From the human T2T-CHM13v2.0 reference genome, Homo sapiens: a stretch of 64,000 bases of DNA. Position numbers and translations under genes: made by a program. The DNA lies in assembly GCF_009914755.1 (NCBI RefSeq), contig NC_060948.1. One strand, written 5' to 3'. The notes under the pieces were generated by a model. That model saw only the letters and a list, made by a program, of their open reading frames with translations. It ran no database searches and was not told the DNA's origin. Numbering within the stretch: the first letter of the stretch is position 1; every line of letters starts with the position of its first letter. Positions 35,791 through 50,863 of this stretch are shown in pieces.

Positions 35791-37223
35791 AAATCTAGGA
35801 AGCTTCCATAATCCATATTGTAACTCCGGGAAAGTTATCATTGTGAGGTCCTCCATTGGGTGTCCCAGTACAAAATCTGTTAAAAGAAAAAATTACATAA
35901 AGTGAAGTTGACAAGAACAGAAGTATGCATGTGGGAAAGTTACTAGCTTTCAAATCTGGAGTACACATCCACCAGCATTGTCTCATGAAATGTATAGCTT
36001 CCTCATGCAAAGAAGTCATTGGTGCTTGCAATCATACAAATGAGAAGAATGAAAGTATTGTCGAAATACCGACAGCCTTATAGCTGTCTACTAAACATAG
36101 AGCTAAGCAGAAGCAAAGAAGAGATAATTCATGAGTTAGAGTAAATTCAACCAAACTTTCTTTGAACAGATCAGGGCATCCATGGAAATCAACAGGATTG
36201 AAAAAGTTGCAGCTCTTCTCTTTTAGGGAAAAATTTGGCCTCAGATAAACATTTATGTTTGTTGTCAAAGGGGGGGGAAATGTTATATTATATTAAAGAA
36301 TAGAATTTTTTTTGTAATACCACACCACAGATAGAATAGTACTGTTCAGTGAAAGTTCATATCTCCCAAAACACAACCATTAAGGCAGAAAAGCCACTAT
36401 CTCAGAGAGATGCTTCTATCTGGGAAAAAAAGAAAAAAAAAAAAAAAAAAAAAAAACAGAAAAAGATGCAAAAGGCTAAAGACAGTATCCTGAGACAGCA
36501 TGTTTTTATCCCAAGATTTTATTTTTGAAGGATGCGCTAACCTACCTCTTTTTCTCATCTATTTTTCAGAGAGAAACACTGGCATTAGGAGAACAGCCAT
36601 GTAACAGATTCAAAGAAGCACCTGTCCTGTAGGATTTAATTTCTGGAAGATCAAAACCATCATCAACAATATGCTTGGTATTTCCATTGAAGGAATTTCC
36701 TCAGGGAATTAAAAATTAGAAGGAAATGAATAGAAAGTCAGAGGACATTCAATACCAGCAAAAGGACTTGGTCTTGCTCTCTGCTTTTGGGGCAAAGAAA
36801 ACCTAGGGAGATGACATGATCCTAGATGGGTTTATCTGCATGGTGTGCCTACGTGATGAGGGCTGTGGATGGCCTCTCATTTTCTGACATCCGGCACAGA
36901 TCGGAACTGGAAACCACAGTAGGACAAAGCAAATCTCATCTCCTTATGTCAACCAAAGTCAAAGTCCAGATTCACTGCCACTGAAGCTAAAGACCAGAAG
37001 GTACCACCACCTCTCTGCAGAAGCCATTGCAGTTTGCAAGCACTTCAGGGAAAACTGCTCTGTGGTTGGTTTGCAAAATGAACTGAGATGGTATTTTCTC
37101 CATTTCAGTTTAACCAGAAGATTAGAGTCTAAAAAGTATAGTTGTATTTCTTAGATGCCAGAGTTTAAAGGCTGATCTTCACACTAATGAGTTTCAGAGT
37201 TGGCCGTGAAGTAAGTGATCTAA

Positions 37224-37607
<384 letters not shown>

Positions 37608-38479
37608 CTAATTTGCATGCAGATTTTTATTAATGCAACCAAAAAGTCAAGTCTATAACCTCTATTCAATATTAAGGTGATCACATCCAAAGGAGGGAAA
37701 CAGTATTAAAGGGAAACAGGTGGAACTGGAACTAAATTAACAAAGAAGGGGGCTGATGGAAAGTTACTTCACTTACCAGATAAGTCAGGGTCTGTAATAT
37801 ATACAAAAGTTCAACCTGAAGAAAAGCTTTGCTCCAAAGGAACTGTGTCTTAGGTAGTACCCCCATTATTCTCTACTTTGTACTTTTTTCTCTTTTCTTG
37901 GTTAGATAAATGATTTCCCATTTAAAAGCATCCAAAAACCCAATTTTGTCTGTGAGCCATGCAGGATTCCACACTAGGGCATCAGGGGTTGGCTAGTTTC
38001 CAGGCTGTAACCTGCTTTTGATCTTTCAACACATGGTCTTAGTGTTCTAAACTCTTCTACATGAACACCCAAATAAACAAGATTCGAGAGAGCATCATTC
38101 TTGTTGGTTTTAGTTTCTAGACCACATTCATTAAGGACAGTGTGTTTAGTGTTTCTGAGGTGGGTATTTCCTCAGGAGGCTAAAAGTGTGTGATGGAAAC
38201 TCAGTAGAGGGGCAGAGGATATTCATGAAGATGCTGTCTATCAATTTCTATGCCTGTTCCTAGGGTTCTAGCCGTTTGTCGGTCTTGTGCCCCAAATGCC
38301 AAGAATAAATGGTTTAAAACACTGATTCTATCTTTCCTGCAACACAGTTAATGAGTAACAACTGATGACTGGGACTAATTTACAGAAAATACTAACTTGC
38401 AAACAGACACCTCAAATGCTTTAAACTAGGATTACTGAACTCTAGTACCAGTGATAATGGCTGTAGGTGATTCTTGGGA

Positions 38480-38650
38480 AGAGAAGGCACAGTCTTGTTG
38501 ATCACAGAATGCTTATCAGCCTCTCTAGCTTCTATCCACTAGATTCCAGTAGAATTCACCACATTGCAAGGCTCCAACCACCAAAAATTATCTTTAAACT
38601 CTGCTAAATGTCATCTTGACAGCAAAATTGCTGCCATGGAGAGACATGGA
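38480..38650 (-). mobile_element. MER20-like fragment
   Basis: tctatccactagattccagtag...caaccaccaaaaattatct...tgctaaatgtc...gcaaaattgc. Confidence 0.6.
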
Positions 38651-38894
38651 TTTATTTAATTTTGAAGCTACTGACAGTAGGCTGGGTTGAAATCAGGGTT
38701 ATGCCGAATGAGAGAAAATATTGTCACAACAAAAGAAAACCAAGCAAAAACAAAAGTTACCAACATAGATATACCTAAGGTCAACTTTTCTGTGAATTTC
38801 TGCAAGGTATGTTGGCACTACATTTTGGGGACTAGTAGCCAAAGGAACTTCTTAAGAAATGCAGCCCTCAAATGAACCCTACCAATAACACATC

Positions 38895-39249
38895 TGATAT
38901 GGTTTGGCTCTGTGCCCCAACCAAATCTCACCTTGAATTGTAATAATCACCAAATGTCAAGGGTGGGGCCAGGTGGAGATAATTGAATTATGGGACTGGT
39001 TCCCCCATACTGTCCTCCTGATAGTGAATGAGTTCTAATGAGATATGATGGTTTTAAAAGCATCCAGCATTTCCCCTGCTGGTACACTCTCTCTTGCCTG
39101 CTGTGATGTAAGACATGCCTTCTGACTTCTGCCATGATTGTGAGGCCTCCCCAGCCACGTGGAACTGAAATTCCATTAAACCTCTTTCTTTTGTAAACTG
39201 CCATGGCTTGAGTATGTCTTCATCAGCAGTGTGAAAATGGACTAATACA
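38895..39249 (+). mobile_element. THE1B/C-type solo LTR
   Basis: tgatatggtttggctctgtg...aaaatggactaataca; TSD acatc/acatt. Confidence 0.92.
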
Positions 39250-39541
39250 ACATTAATGTGAATGGATGTTACAATGACCCCCACCCCATTGAATAGACCT
39301 TCTGTGAGGCTCAGGTATGTTTTCAGGTGAGTTAAAAATTCTGTAAGAAAAATATCATCTCACTGATTCCTTCATTTTGTTTAAAAGGTTAGTGCAAAAT
39401 GTATTTATGTATCAAAGTTAGTTGCCTGGATAAATAAGTATCTATCTGAAGACATTAAAATAAACAAACAACAAAAACCTGGTTAGCATAGTTAACTTGG
39501 TAAGAGCCAGGGAAATCATACCTTTAAAAATATTATATTTT

Positions 39542-39846
39542 GGCCAGGCGCAGTGGCTCATGCCTGTAATCCCAGCACTTTGGGAGGTTAAGGGGGGCCG
39601 ATCACTCAAGGTCAGGAGTTGAGACAGCCTGGGCAACATGACAAAACTCAGTCTCTACGAAAGATACAAAAATTAGCCAGGGGCGGTGGCATGCACCTGT
39701 AATCACAGCAACTGGGGAGGCTGAGGCACAAGCATACCTTGAACCCAGGAGGCAGAAGTTGCAGTGAGCTGAGATTATGCCATTGCACTCTAGCCTGAGC
39801 AATAGAGTCAGATGCTGTCTCAAATAAAAAAAGAAAAAAAAGAAAA
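39542..39846 (+). mobile_element. AluS/J-like
   Basis: Full dimer with an A-rich tail. Confidence 0.93.
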
Positions 39847-39895
39847 GTTAATATTTGGAGTGGGGAACAATGAATTCGTTCTGAAAGTAGATTGT

Positions 39896-40176
<281 letters not shown>

Positions 40177-40324
40177 AAAAAGAAAGAAGGAAAGGAAAGA
40201 AAGAAAGAGAGAGAGAGAGAGGGAGGGAGGGAGGGAAAGAAAAAGAAAAGAAAGAAAGAGAGAAAGAAAGAAAGAGAGAGAGAGAAAAGAAAGAAAGAGA
40301 AAGAAAGAAAGAGAAAGAAGGAAA

Positions 40325-40380
<56 letters not shown>

Positions 40381-40428
40381 AGGAAAGAAAGAAGGAAAGA
40401 AAGAAAGAGAAAGGAAGAAAGAAAAAAG
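40177..40428. repeat. Complex purine STR including (GAAA)13, derived from the Alu tail
   Basis: ~250 nt of only G and A; perfect GAAA x13 at 40327-40378. Confidence 0.97.
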
Positions 40429-41157
40429 AAGATTGCATTCTGTCTGGGATACAGTATGTAGACAGTTTTTTTTTTTTTTTTTTAACTGTGGGGAAAAAAA
40501 TGTGGTTTTTCTTGCTTCACATGATTCTAACATTCTTTGTATCCTGTACTGAAGATTGAGAATTAAGCATTTCACTTTTATGTTTCTCCCATGGGGTAAT
40601 TTTAAATTAAGCTGGTCTCCGGCTATTATATTTATTTTACTCTTTTGAGTTTGCTTTTTTTCCAAAAATAAAGCCTGCAGTTCACTAATGTACTGTCAGA
40701 TGATGTTGAATACACAGGAGACACAGCCATTATCTGTCTCAGTAAACACATTTTTCTCAAACCAAAAGCTAGAGATTATGCCAATAAGCTTTTATGGCAA
40801 CTTGTTAGATCTTTCTTAGGATATGATAATGATTTTTCTCTCTAGCTTGCTTTCAAATTCTATGAAATGATGAGAATTAAAAATAAGAATTTTAGAACTA
40901 ATATTTTGTAAAAATAGGATCATAAAACCAAGACCCAAATCAAATTTTAAAAATGTATATACCCAGAGTGTCTTAGGTCAAGTTTTCTAGAAGAGCCTGG
41001 AGAAGGATTCTTGTGCATTAGTTTTTAGTAATAATAATAATTTTTATTATTAGTGAAGCCTTTGTATGTGCTAGAAATAATGCCAAACACCTTACCTAAA
41101 TTATTTTATTTAATTTTCAAAGGAATCCTATGAAACAGATTTTATCATAACAATAAT

Positions 41158-41560
41158 ATTTATTTTTTAGATATATGGGGTACATCTGCTTGTTTTTTAT
41201 ATGAGTATGTTGCATGCTGGTGGGGATTCAGCTTATAGAATACTCATTATGCAAATAGTGAACATTATACTCAATAGGTAATTTTTCAACCCTCATGCCC
41301 CTCACTTTTCCATTTTGGAGTCTCCAGTGTTTGTTATCTCCTTTCTGATGTCCATGTCTGCCCATTGTTTAGCTCCTTCTTATAAGGGAGAACATATAGT
41401 ATTTGAGTTTCTGTTTCTGAGTTACTAGACTTAGGACACTGGCTTCCAACTTCATCCATGTTGCAGTTAAAGACTTGATTTCATTTTTTTTATGGCTGTG
41501 TAATTTTCTATTGTGTATATGCATCACATTTTGTTTATCCAGTAAACCACCAATGGACAT
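41158..41560 (-). mobile_element. L1 3' fragment (L1PA16/L1PB-like)
   Basis: ggggtacat...aaatagtgaacatt...caataggtaatttttcaaccctc...ttcatccatgttgc. Confidence 0.85.
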
Positions 41561-41790
41561 GATTTTCTGAAGAAGACCTCTCAGGAGAAGGGCAGGACAG
41601 CAGGCTGGGGTTCAGGGGCTGGAGAGCTAGAGTGGATATGGTCCCACCTGGAGATGTATTTCAACTTGCACTTCAAACTTAGTCCTATCTTGAGGCAAGA
41701 TAACTCATCTGTGCTCTCTAGGGGATGCAAAATTGCCACATCAATATGATGTCCACTAAGGATTTTAATGATAAGGAAAAGTGGTTATGA

Positions 41791-42098
<308 letters not shown>

Positions 42099-42845
42099 AA
42101 CATGTGTTAAGTGAATCAGAGACTACACAGGAATCTACCACTAACACAATCTTAACCATGCACCAAAGTCTACTGAACCAAGACTAAAGACAGTTATACC
42201 AAAGTATTATTAATGGTTATCTCTGGAAGTTTCAAGATATCAGAAGATGAAAGGTAGTCATTTTCTTTAATTTTTTAAAATAAATTGGTTTTCACAGTGG
42301 ACATAGTGTAGTGAACAAGAACACATACCTAGTATGTGTGCAAAACCTTATTCAGCAACCCAAGTAAGGTATGACTGAGCAATTTACATCCTTTAAAAGG
42401 GTTTTGATAAATTATTGTCCATGATTCTCCAACTGACCATATGTTTTGTAAATAAAGTTTTATTGGAACACCGTACCTATGGCTGCTTTTGTAAAATAGC
42501 AGAGTGGAATAGTCTCCACTTTAAAAGATTTAAAAGAGAGCATGTGAGTGAAGAAATCACTCAACTTTTACAATGCTATTGTCACTTCCATGACTCATTT
42601 TATTTTCCATCAGAAGCACAACTCTAGTCCTTGCAGGCTCTTATTACAAAGGAAGAAAATGAGACTCAGTAATTAAAGTGAACTGCCTAAGTCCCCATAA
42701 CTATCTCAAAGCATGTGGAACCAGACATGTGTGTGATTCTCAACACACAATCAATTCATTGCTTCCAAGAAATCAGAAATTATCTATTTTCAGGTTTATT
42801 CCAGGTTTCCAGACTGCAACGAGGCAGTAGAAAATGTTGCATATA

Positions 42846-43187
<342 letters not shown>

Positions 43188-43871
43188 AGAAAAAGTTGCA
43201 TGTAAAGTTTCATTAGGTTTTAGTAGTATAATATCTTTCATACAGGAATTGTTTGCTCAAGTACTTTTGATCATTTGTGGACAATGCGGTTAAGATAAAT
43301 CCTGCCAGGGTACTATGCAAATTTAATGTTTGAATGCATTTCTTTTGAGTATTGGAAGCTCATATAACTTTTTGTGTAGCATATTTGGCAGGGATTCTTT
43401 TACTAGAAGTAAGATCGTAAAGCTTATCAGAATTTATTATTTGCACTCCTCAAGATGAGAAATGTTGTGCTTTTGGATTCTATTACATAATTCTGTGCTA
43501 TGGAGAAAAGGCAATCTGTAACAGACATTTTATTCCACATTTTTTTTTACTATACTTGCTGTAGTCCTATAGATGTAGGCTAGAGAAAAAATAGTAAAGT
43601 AGTGGAATACAATATACTTTCTATGTCTTTTTTTGGGAGGAATCCTTAAGAATTAGATGCAAGTAGTTTTGTAAGTATGTGAAATGCAACCTCTCAGTTC
43701 TATTTCTGTTTTCTTTCCAACAGTTATTATATTTTCAAATACCTGAGCATGAATGATGGAACTCAGGAATGATAAACATGGTGGCTTAGGCTGCATCAAA
43801 AGAAGGACAGAACAGAGTCATCACCCATTCTGAAATGGATGGTGGGTGATATCTAGAAATAGGCTGCCTGG

Positions 43872-44215
43872 GGCCAGGTGCAGTGACTCACACCTGTAAT
43901 TCTAGCATTTGGGGAGGTCAAGGCAGGAAGACTCCTTGAGCCCAACAGGCTAGCTGCCCAGGCTATTCTTAAACTCCAGGGCTCAAGCAATCTTTTTTAA
44001 CAAGACCTCATGTCTACAAAAAATAATAATAATTAAATAAAATAGCCAGACATGGTGGCCTACACCTCTATTCCTTGCTACTCAGGAAGTTGAGGAAAGC
44101 GGATCCCTTGAGCCGTGGAGTCTGAGGCTACAGTGAGCTATCATTACACCATTGCACTCCAGCTTGGGTGACAGAGTGACACCTTGTCTTTAAAAAATGT
44201 TTTAAAATTAAGAAA
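43872..44215 (+). mobile_element. AluJ-like with an internal micro-inversion
   Basis: Dimer in which 43953-43994 is antisense Alu left-arm sequence; TSD tagaaata(g/a)gct. Confidence 0.9.
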
Positions 44216-44294
44216 TAGAAATAAGCTATCTGTTTGCAAATTCTTAATGAGTTATTACGTATGTAAAGTGCCCTGCTAAGAAACGTGTAAATAG

Positions 44295-47200
44295 TATTTT
44301 CTGGGCAAGATGGCAGAATAGGAACAGCTCTTGTCTGTGTCTTCCAGCAAGACCAATGCAGAAGGTGGGTGATTTCTGTATTTCCAACTGAAGTACCCTG
44401 TTCATCTCATTGGGACTGGTTAGGCAATGGATGTAGCTCATGGAAAGTAAGCAGAAGCAGGCTGAGGCATCACCTCACCCAGAAAGTGCAAGCAGTGTGG
44501 GGCCTCCCTTTCCCAGCCAAGAGAAGCCTTGAGGGACTGTGCTATCTGGCTGAGATACTACACTTTTCCCAAGGTTTTGGAATAGTCAGACCAGGAGATT
44601 CCCTCATGTGCCTATATCAACAGGGACCTGGATTTCAAGCACAAAACTGGCTGGCTGTTTGGGCACACACCAAGCTAGCTAAAGGAGTTTTTTTTTGTTC
44701 ATACCCCAGTGGCACCGGCAACTCCAGTGAGACAGAACCATTCACTTGAAAGGGGGCTGAAGCCAGGGAGCCAAGTGGTCTCACTCAGTGGGTCCTACTC
44801 CCATGGAGCCCAGCAAGCTAAGAACCACTGGCTAGAAATTCTTGCCGCCAGCATTGCAGTCTGAATATGACCTGGGATGATAGAGCTTGATGGGGAGAGG
44901 GGCATCCACAATTACTGAGGCTTGAGTTAGCAGTTTTCCTGTCACAGACAGCTAAGGACTGGGCAGAATTCAACACAGCACAGCGAAGTGTCTGTGGCCA
45001 GACTGCCTTTCTGTATTCCTCCTCACTGGTCAGGACATCCCTGAAAGAAAGGCAGCATCTCCAGTTAGGGGCTTATAGATAAAACTCCCATCTCCCTTGG
45101 ACAGAGTTCCTGGAGGAAAGGGCAACTGTGGGTGCAGCTTCAGCAGACTTAAACATCCCTGCCTGTCTGCTCTGAAGAGAGCAGCATATTATCACAGGGA
45201 GGGTTCTCCCAGCACAGTGCTTAGGCTCTGCTAAGGGACAGACTGCCCTTAGCAGTCTTCAAGTGGGTCCCTGACTTTAATGTCTCTTGACTGGGTGAGA
45301 TGTACCAACAGGGGTTGACAGACACCTCATATAGGAGAGCTCCGACTGGCATCAGGCTGGTGTCCCTCTTGGATGAAGATTCCAGAGGAAGGAGCAGGCA
45401 GCAATTTTTGCTATTCTGTAGCCACTGCTGGTGATACTCTGGCAAACAGGGTCTGGAGTGGACCTCCAGCAAACTGCAGCAGACCAGCCGAAGAGAAACC
45501 TGACTATTAGAAGAAAAACTAACAAACAGAAAACAATAACGTCAACTTCAACAAAAAGTACCCCCAAACAGAAGCCCCAGCCAAAGGTTTTCAGCCTCAA
45601 ACATCAAAGGTAGATAAATCCATTAAAATGAGAATTAACCATAGGAAAAATGCTGAAAATTCCAAGAAAACAGGACGACTATTCTCCTTCAAATGATTGC
45701 AACTCCTCTCCAACAAGGGAACAAAACTGAATAGAGAATGAATTTGACAAACTGACAGAAGTAGGCTTCAGAAGGTGGGTAATAACAAACTCATCTGAGC
45801 TAAAGGAGCATGTTCTAACCCAATGTAAGGGAGCTAAGAACCTTAATAAAAAGTTACAGGAATTGATAACTAGAATGACCATTTTAAAAAAGAACATAAA
45901 TGACCTGATGGAACTGAAAAACACAGCACGAGAACTTCGTGAAGCATACACAAGATTCAATAGCCAAACTGATCAAGCAGAAGATAGGATATAACAGATT
46001 GAAGATCAACTTAATGAAATAAAGCATGAAGACAATATTAGAGAAAAAAGAATGAAAAGGAATGAACAAAGTCTCCAAGAAATATGGGCTTATGTGAAAA
46101 AACCAAACCTACAATTGATGAGGGTTCCTGAAAGTGACAAGGAGAATGGAACCAAATTAGAAAACACTTCAGAATAGTATCCAGGAGAACTTCACCAACC
46201 TAGCAAGATATAACAACATTTAAATTCAGGAAATACAGAGAATATAAGAAAGGTAGTCTTCGAGAAGAGCAACCACAAGACAAATATTTGTCAGATTCTT
46301 CAAGTTTGAAACAGAGGGTAAAATGTAAAAGGGAGCCAGAAAGAAAGATCAGGTTACCTGCAAAGGGAATCACATCAGACTAACAGTAGTTCTTTCTGCA
46401 GAAACCCCACAAGCCAAAAAAAGTGGGGCCAATATTCAGCATGCTTAAAGAAAAGAATTTTCAACCCAGAATGTCATAACCAGACAAACTAAGTTTCATA
46501 AGTAAAGGAGAAATAAAATCCTTTACAGACAAGGAAATGCTGAGGGATTTTCTCACCACCAGGCCTACCAGAAAAGAGCTCCTGAAGGAACCATTAAATA
46601 TGGAAAGGAAAAAGCAGTACTAGCCACTGCAAAAACACACCAAAATGTAAAGATCAATGACAACTGTGAGGAAACTGCATCAACTGATGTGCAAAATAAC
46701 TAGCTAGCATCATGATAATGTGATCAAATTCACACACAACAATATTATCCTTAAATGTAAATGGGCTATGTGCCCCAAATAAATAACACAGACTGGAAAA
46801 TTGAATAGAGTCAAGACCCATCAATGTGCTATATTTAGAAGAACCATCTCATGTGCGAAGACATACATAGGCTCAAAATAAATGAATGGAGGAATATTTA
46901 CCAAGCCTCCCCCAAAAAACAGGGCTTGCACTTCTGGTCTCTGATAAAACAGACATTAAACTAACAAAGATCACAAAAGGAAAAGAAAGGAATTATAAAA
47001 TGATAAAGGAATCAATGCAACAAAAATAGCTAACTATCCTAAATATATATGCACCCCATACAGGACCCTCAGATTCATGTAACAACTTCTTGGTGACCTA
47101 CAAAGAGGCTTAGACTCCCATGCCATAATAGTGGAAGACTTTAATATTCAGGACTTGAACTCAGCTCTAGACCAAGTGAAGCTAATAGATATCTACAGCA

Positions 47201-50200
47201 CTCTCCACCCCAAATCAAGAGAATATACATTCTTCTCAGCGTCACATCGCACTTATTCTAAAATCAACCACATAACTGGAAATAAAACACTCCTCAGCAA
47301 ACACAAAAGAATGGAAATCATAATAAACAGTCTCTCAGTCCACAGTGCCATCAAATTAGAACTAAGGATTAAGAGACTCACTCAAAACTACGCAACTACA
47401 TGGAAACTGAAGAACCTGCTCCTGAATGACTACTGGGTAAACAAGCAAATAAAGGCATAAATAATGGCATTCTTCAAAATGTACCATAATCTCTGGGACA
47501 TAGCTAAAGCAGTGTGTACAGGGAAGACAATGTACCATAATCTCTAGGACATAGCTAAAGCAGTGTGTACGGGGAAATTTATAGCACTAAATGCCCATAT
47601 TAGAAGGCAGTAAATATGTAAAATTGATATCATAACATCACAATTAATAGAACTAAAGAAGCAAGGGCAAGCAAATTCAGAAGCTAGCAGAAGACAAAAA
47701 AATAACTAAGATTAGAGCAGAATGGAAGAAGAGACAAGAAAAACTCTTGAAAAAATTAATAAATCTAGAAGCAGTTGTTTTTAAAGATTAACATAGTAGA
47801 TAGACCACTAGCCAGACTAAAAAAGAAGAAGAGAGAAGAATCAAATAGACAAAATAAAAAACGGTAAATGATAAAGGGAATATCACCACTATTCCTAGAG
47901 AAATACAAACTACCATCAGAGAATATTATAAAAACCTCTTAGCTAAGAAACTAGAAAACCCATAAGAAATGAATAAATTACTGGACATATACTCCCTCTC
48001 AAGACTAAATCAGGAAGAAGTTGAATCCCTGAATAGAGCAATAACAAGTTCTGAAATTAAAGCTGTAATTAATAGCCAATCAACCAAAAAAAGCCCAGGA
48101 TGAGTTGAACTCACATCCAAATTCAACCAGAGGTAGAATTCCTTTTGAAACTGCCATTTCAGAAGGAAGACACCATTCCTTATGAAACTATTCCAAATGA
48201 TAGAAAAAGGGGCAATCCTCCCTAACTCATTTTATGAGGCCAGCATAATCCTGATTCCAAAACCTGGGAGACACACAAGAAACAAAATTTCAGGCCAGTA
48301 TCCCTGATAAACATCAATGTAAAAATCCTCAATGAAATACTGGAAAACCAAATTCAGCAGCACATCAAAAAGTTTATTCAGCACGATCAAGTCAGCTTCA
48401 TACCTGGGATGCAAGGCTGGTTCAACACATGAAAATCAATAAATGTAATCCATCACATAAACAGAACCAAGGACAAAAACCACATGATAACATTAATAGA
48501 CACAGAAAAGGCCTTCGATATAATTCAACACCACCTCATTCTAAAAACTCTCAGTAAACTAGGTATTGATGGAACATGTCTCAAAATAACAAGAGCTATT
48601 TATGACAAACCCATAACCAATATCATACTGAATGGGGAAAAGCTGGAAGCATTGCCTTCGAAAATAGGCACAAGACGAAGATGCCCTCTCTCACCACTCC
48701 TATTCAACACAGTATGAAGTTCTGGCTGGGACAATCGGGCAAGAGAAAGAAATAAAGAGTATTCAAATAGGAAGAGAGGAAGTCAAATTGTCTCTCTTTG
48801 CAGATGACATGATTGTATCTTCAGATAACGTGATTGTATATTTAAAAAACCTCATCATCTCAGCCCCAAAACTCCTTAAGCTGATAAGAAACTTCAGCAA
48901 ACTCTCAGGATACAGAAAAACATTCTTATACACCAACAGTAGACAAAGAGAGAGCCAAATTATACGTGAACTCCCATTCACAACTGCTACAAAAAAAAAA
49001 AAAAGGCCTAGGAAGACAACTTACAAGGGAGATCAACTACCTCTTCAAGGAGAACTACAAACCACTTGTCAGGGAAAGAAGAGAGGATACAAACAAATGG
49101 AAAAATATTCCAAGCTTATGGATAGGAAGAATCAATGTCATGAAAATGGCCATACTTTCCAAAGTAATGTATAGATTCAATGCTATTCCCATCAAGCTAC
49201 CAGTGAATTTCCTCACAGAACTGGAAAAAAAAATACTTTAAATTTCATATGGAAAAAAACAAAGCCTATATAGCCAAGACAATCCTCAGCAAAAAGAACA
49301 AAGCTGGAAGTATCGTGCTACCAGACTTCAAACTATACTACAAGGCAACAGTAACCAAAACAGCATGATACTGTTATGAAAACAGATACATATATGTAAC
49401 AATAGAACACAGCAGAGGCCTCAGAAATAACACCACACATCTACAACCATCTGATCTTCAACAAACTGACAAAAACAAGTAATAAGGAAAAGATTCCCTA
49501 TTTAATAAATGGTGCTGGGTAACTGGCTAGCCATACACAGAAATCAGAAACTGGACCCTTGCTTTACACCATATATAAAAATTCATTCAAGATGGATTAA
49601 AGACTTAAATGTAAAACCTAAAAAACATAAAAACCCTAGAAGAAAACCTAGACAATACCATTCAGGACATAGGCATGGGCAAATGCTTCATGACTAAAAT
49701 ATCAGAAGCAATTGGAACAAAAGCCAAAATGGACAAATATCATCTAAATAAACTAAAGAGCTTCTGCTCAGCAACATAAACTACAAATGTGATCTAATTA
49801 AACTAAAGAGCTCCTGCTGAGCAAATTAAACTATCATCAGAGTGAACAGGCAACCTACAGAATGGAAGACAATTTTTGCAATCTATCCATCTGACAAAGG
49901 GCTAAGGTCCATAATCTACAAGAACTTAAACAAATTTACAGGAAACAAGCAAACCGTCCCATCAAAAAGTGGGTGAAGGATATGAACAGACACTCCTCAA
50001 AAGAAGACATTTATGTGGCCATCAAATTTATGAAAAAAAGCTCATCATCACTGGTCATTATAGAAATGCAAATCAAAACCACAATGAGGTATCATCTCAC
50101 ACCAGTTATAATGGTGATCATTGAAAAGTCTGGAAACAACAGATGCTGGCAAGGATGCGGAGAAATAGAAACACTTTTACACTGTTGGTGTGGGTGTAAA

Positions 50201-50863
50201 TTAGTTCAACCATTGTGGAAGATGGTGTGGTGATTCCTCAAGGATCTCAAACTAGAAATACCATTTGACCTAGCAATCCCATTACTGAGCATATATCGAA
50301 AGGACTACAAATCATTCTGCTATAAAGACACATGCACACTTATGTTTATACAGCACTGTTTACAATATCAGAGACATGGAATCATGCTCATCAGTGATAG
50401 GGTGGATAAAGAAAATGTGGCATATATACATCATGGAATAGTATGCAACATAAAAAAGAATGAGTTCATGCCCTTTTCAGGGACACGGATGAAGATGAAA
50501 ACCATCATTCTCAGCAAACTAACACAGCAGAAAACCAAACTCTGCTTATTCTCACTCATAAGCAGGAGCCAAAGAATGAGAACACATGGACAAAGGGAGG
50601 GAAACATCACATACTGAGGCTGGTCAGGGGCTTGTGGGGAAGGGAAAGGAGAGCATTAGGAGAAATGCCTAATGCATGCAGGACTTAAAACCTAGTGTTG
50701 AAAGGTGCCGCAAACCACCAAGGTACATGTATACCTATGTAATAAACCTGTACTTTCAGCACATGTATCCCAGTATATAAAGTAAAATTAAAAAAAAAAA
50801 AAGGAAAGAAAAGCAAACAACTGCTACTGGCTTAGTCCCAACAGGCTAAAAAGAAAACAAGCA
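44295..50863 (+). mobile_element. Full-length LINE-1, L1PA7/PA8-type, ORFs disrupted
   Basis: The 5' end reads caagatggcagaataggaacagctc (YY1 core). ORF1 remnants lie at ~45628-46650 and ORF2 remnants from ~46717. The 3'UTR reads aatgcatgcaggacttaaaacctag. TSD aaa(c/t)gtgtaaatag (44281-44294, 50864-50877). Confidence 0.96.
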
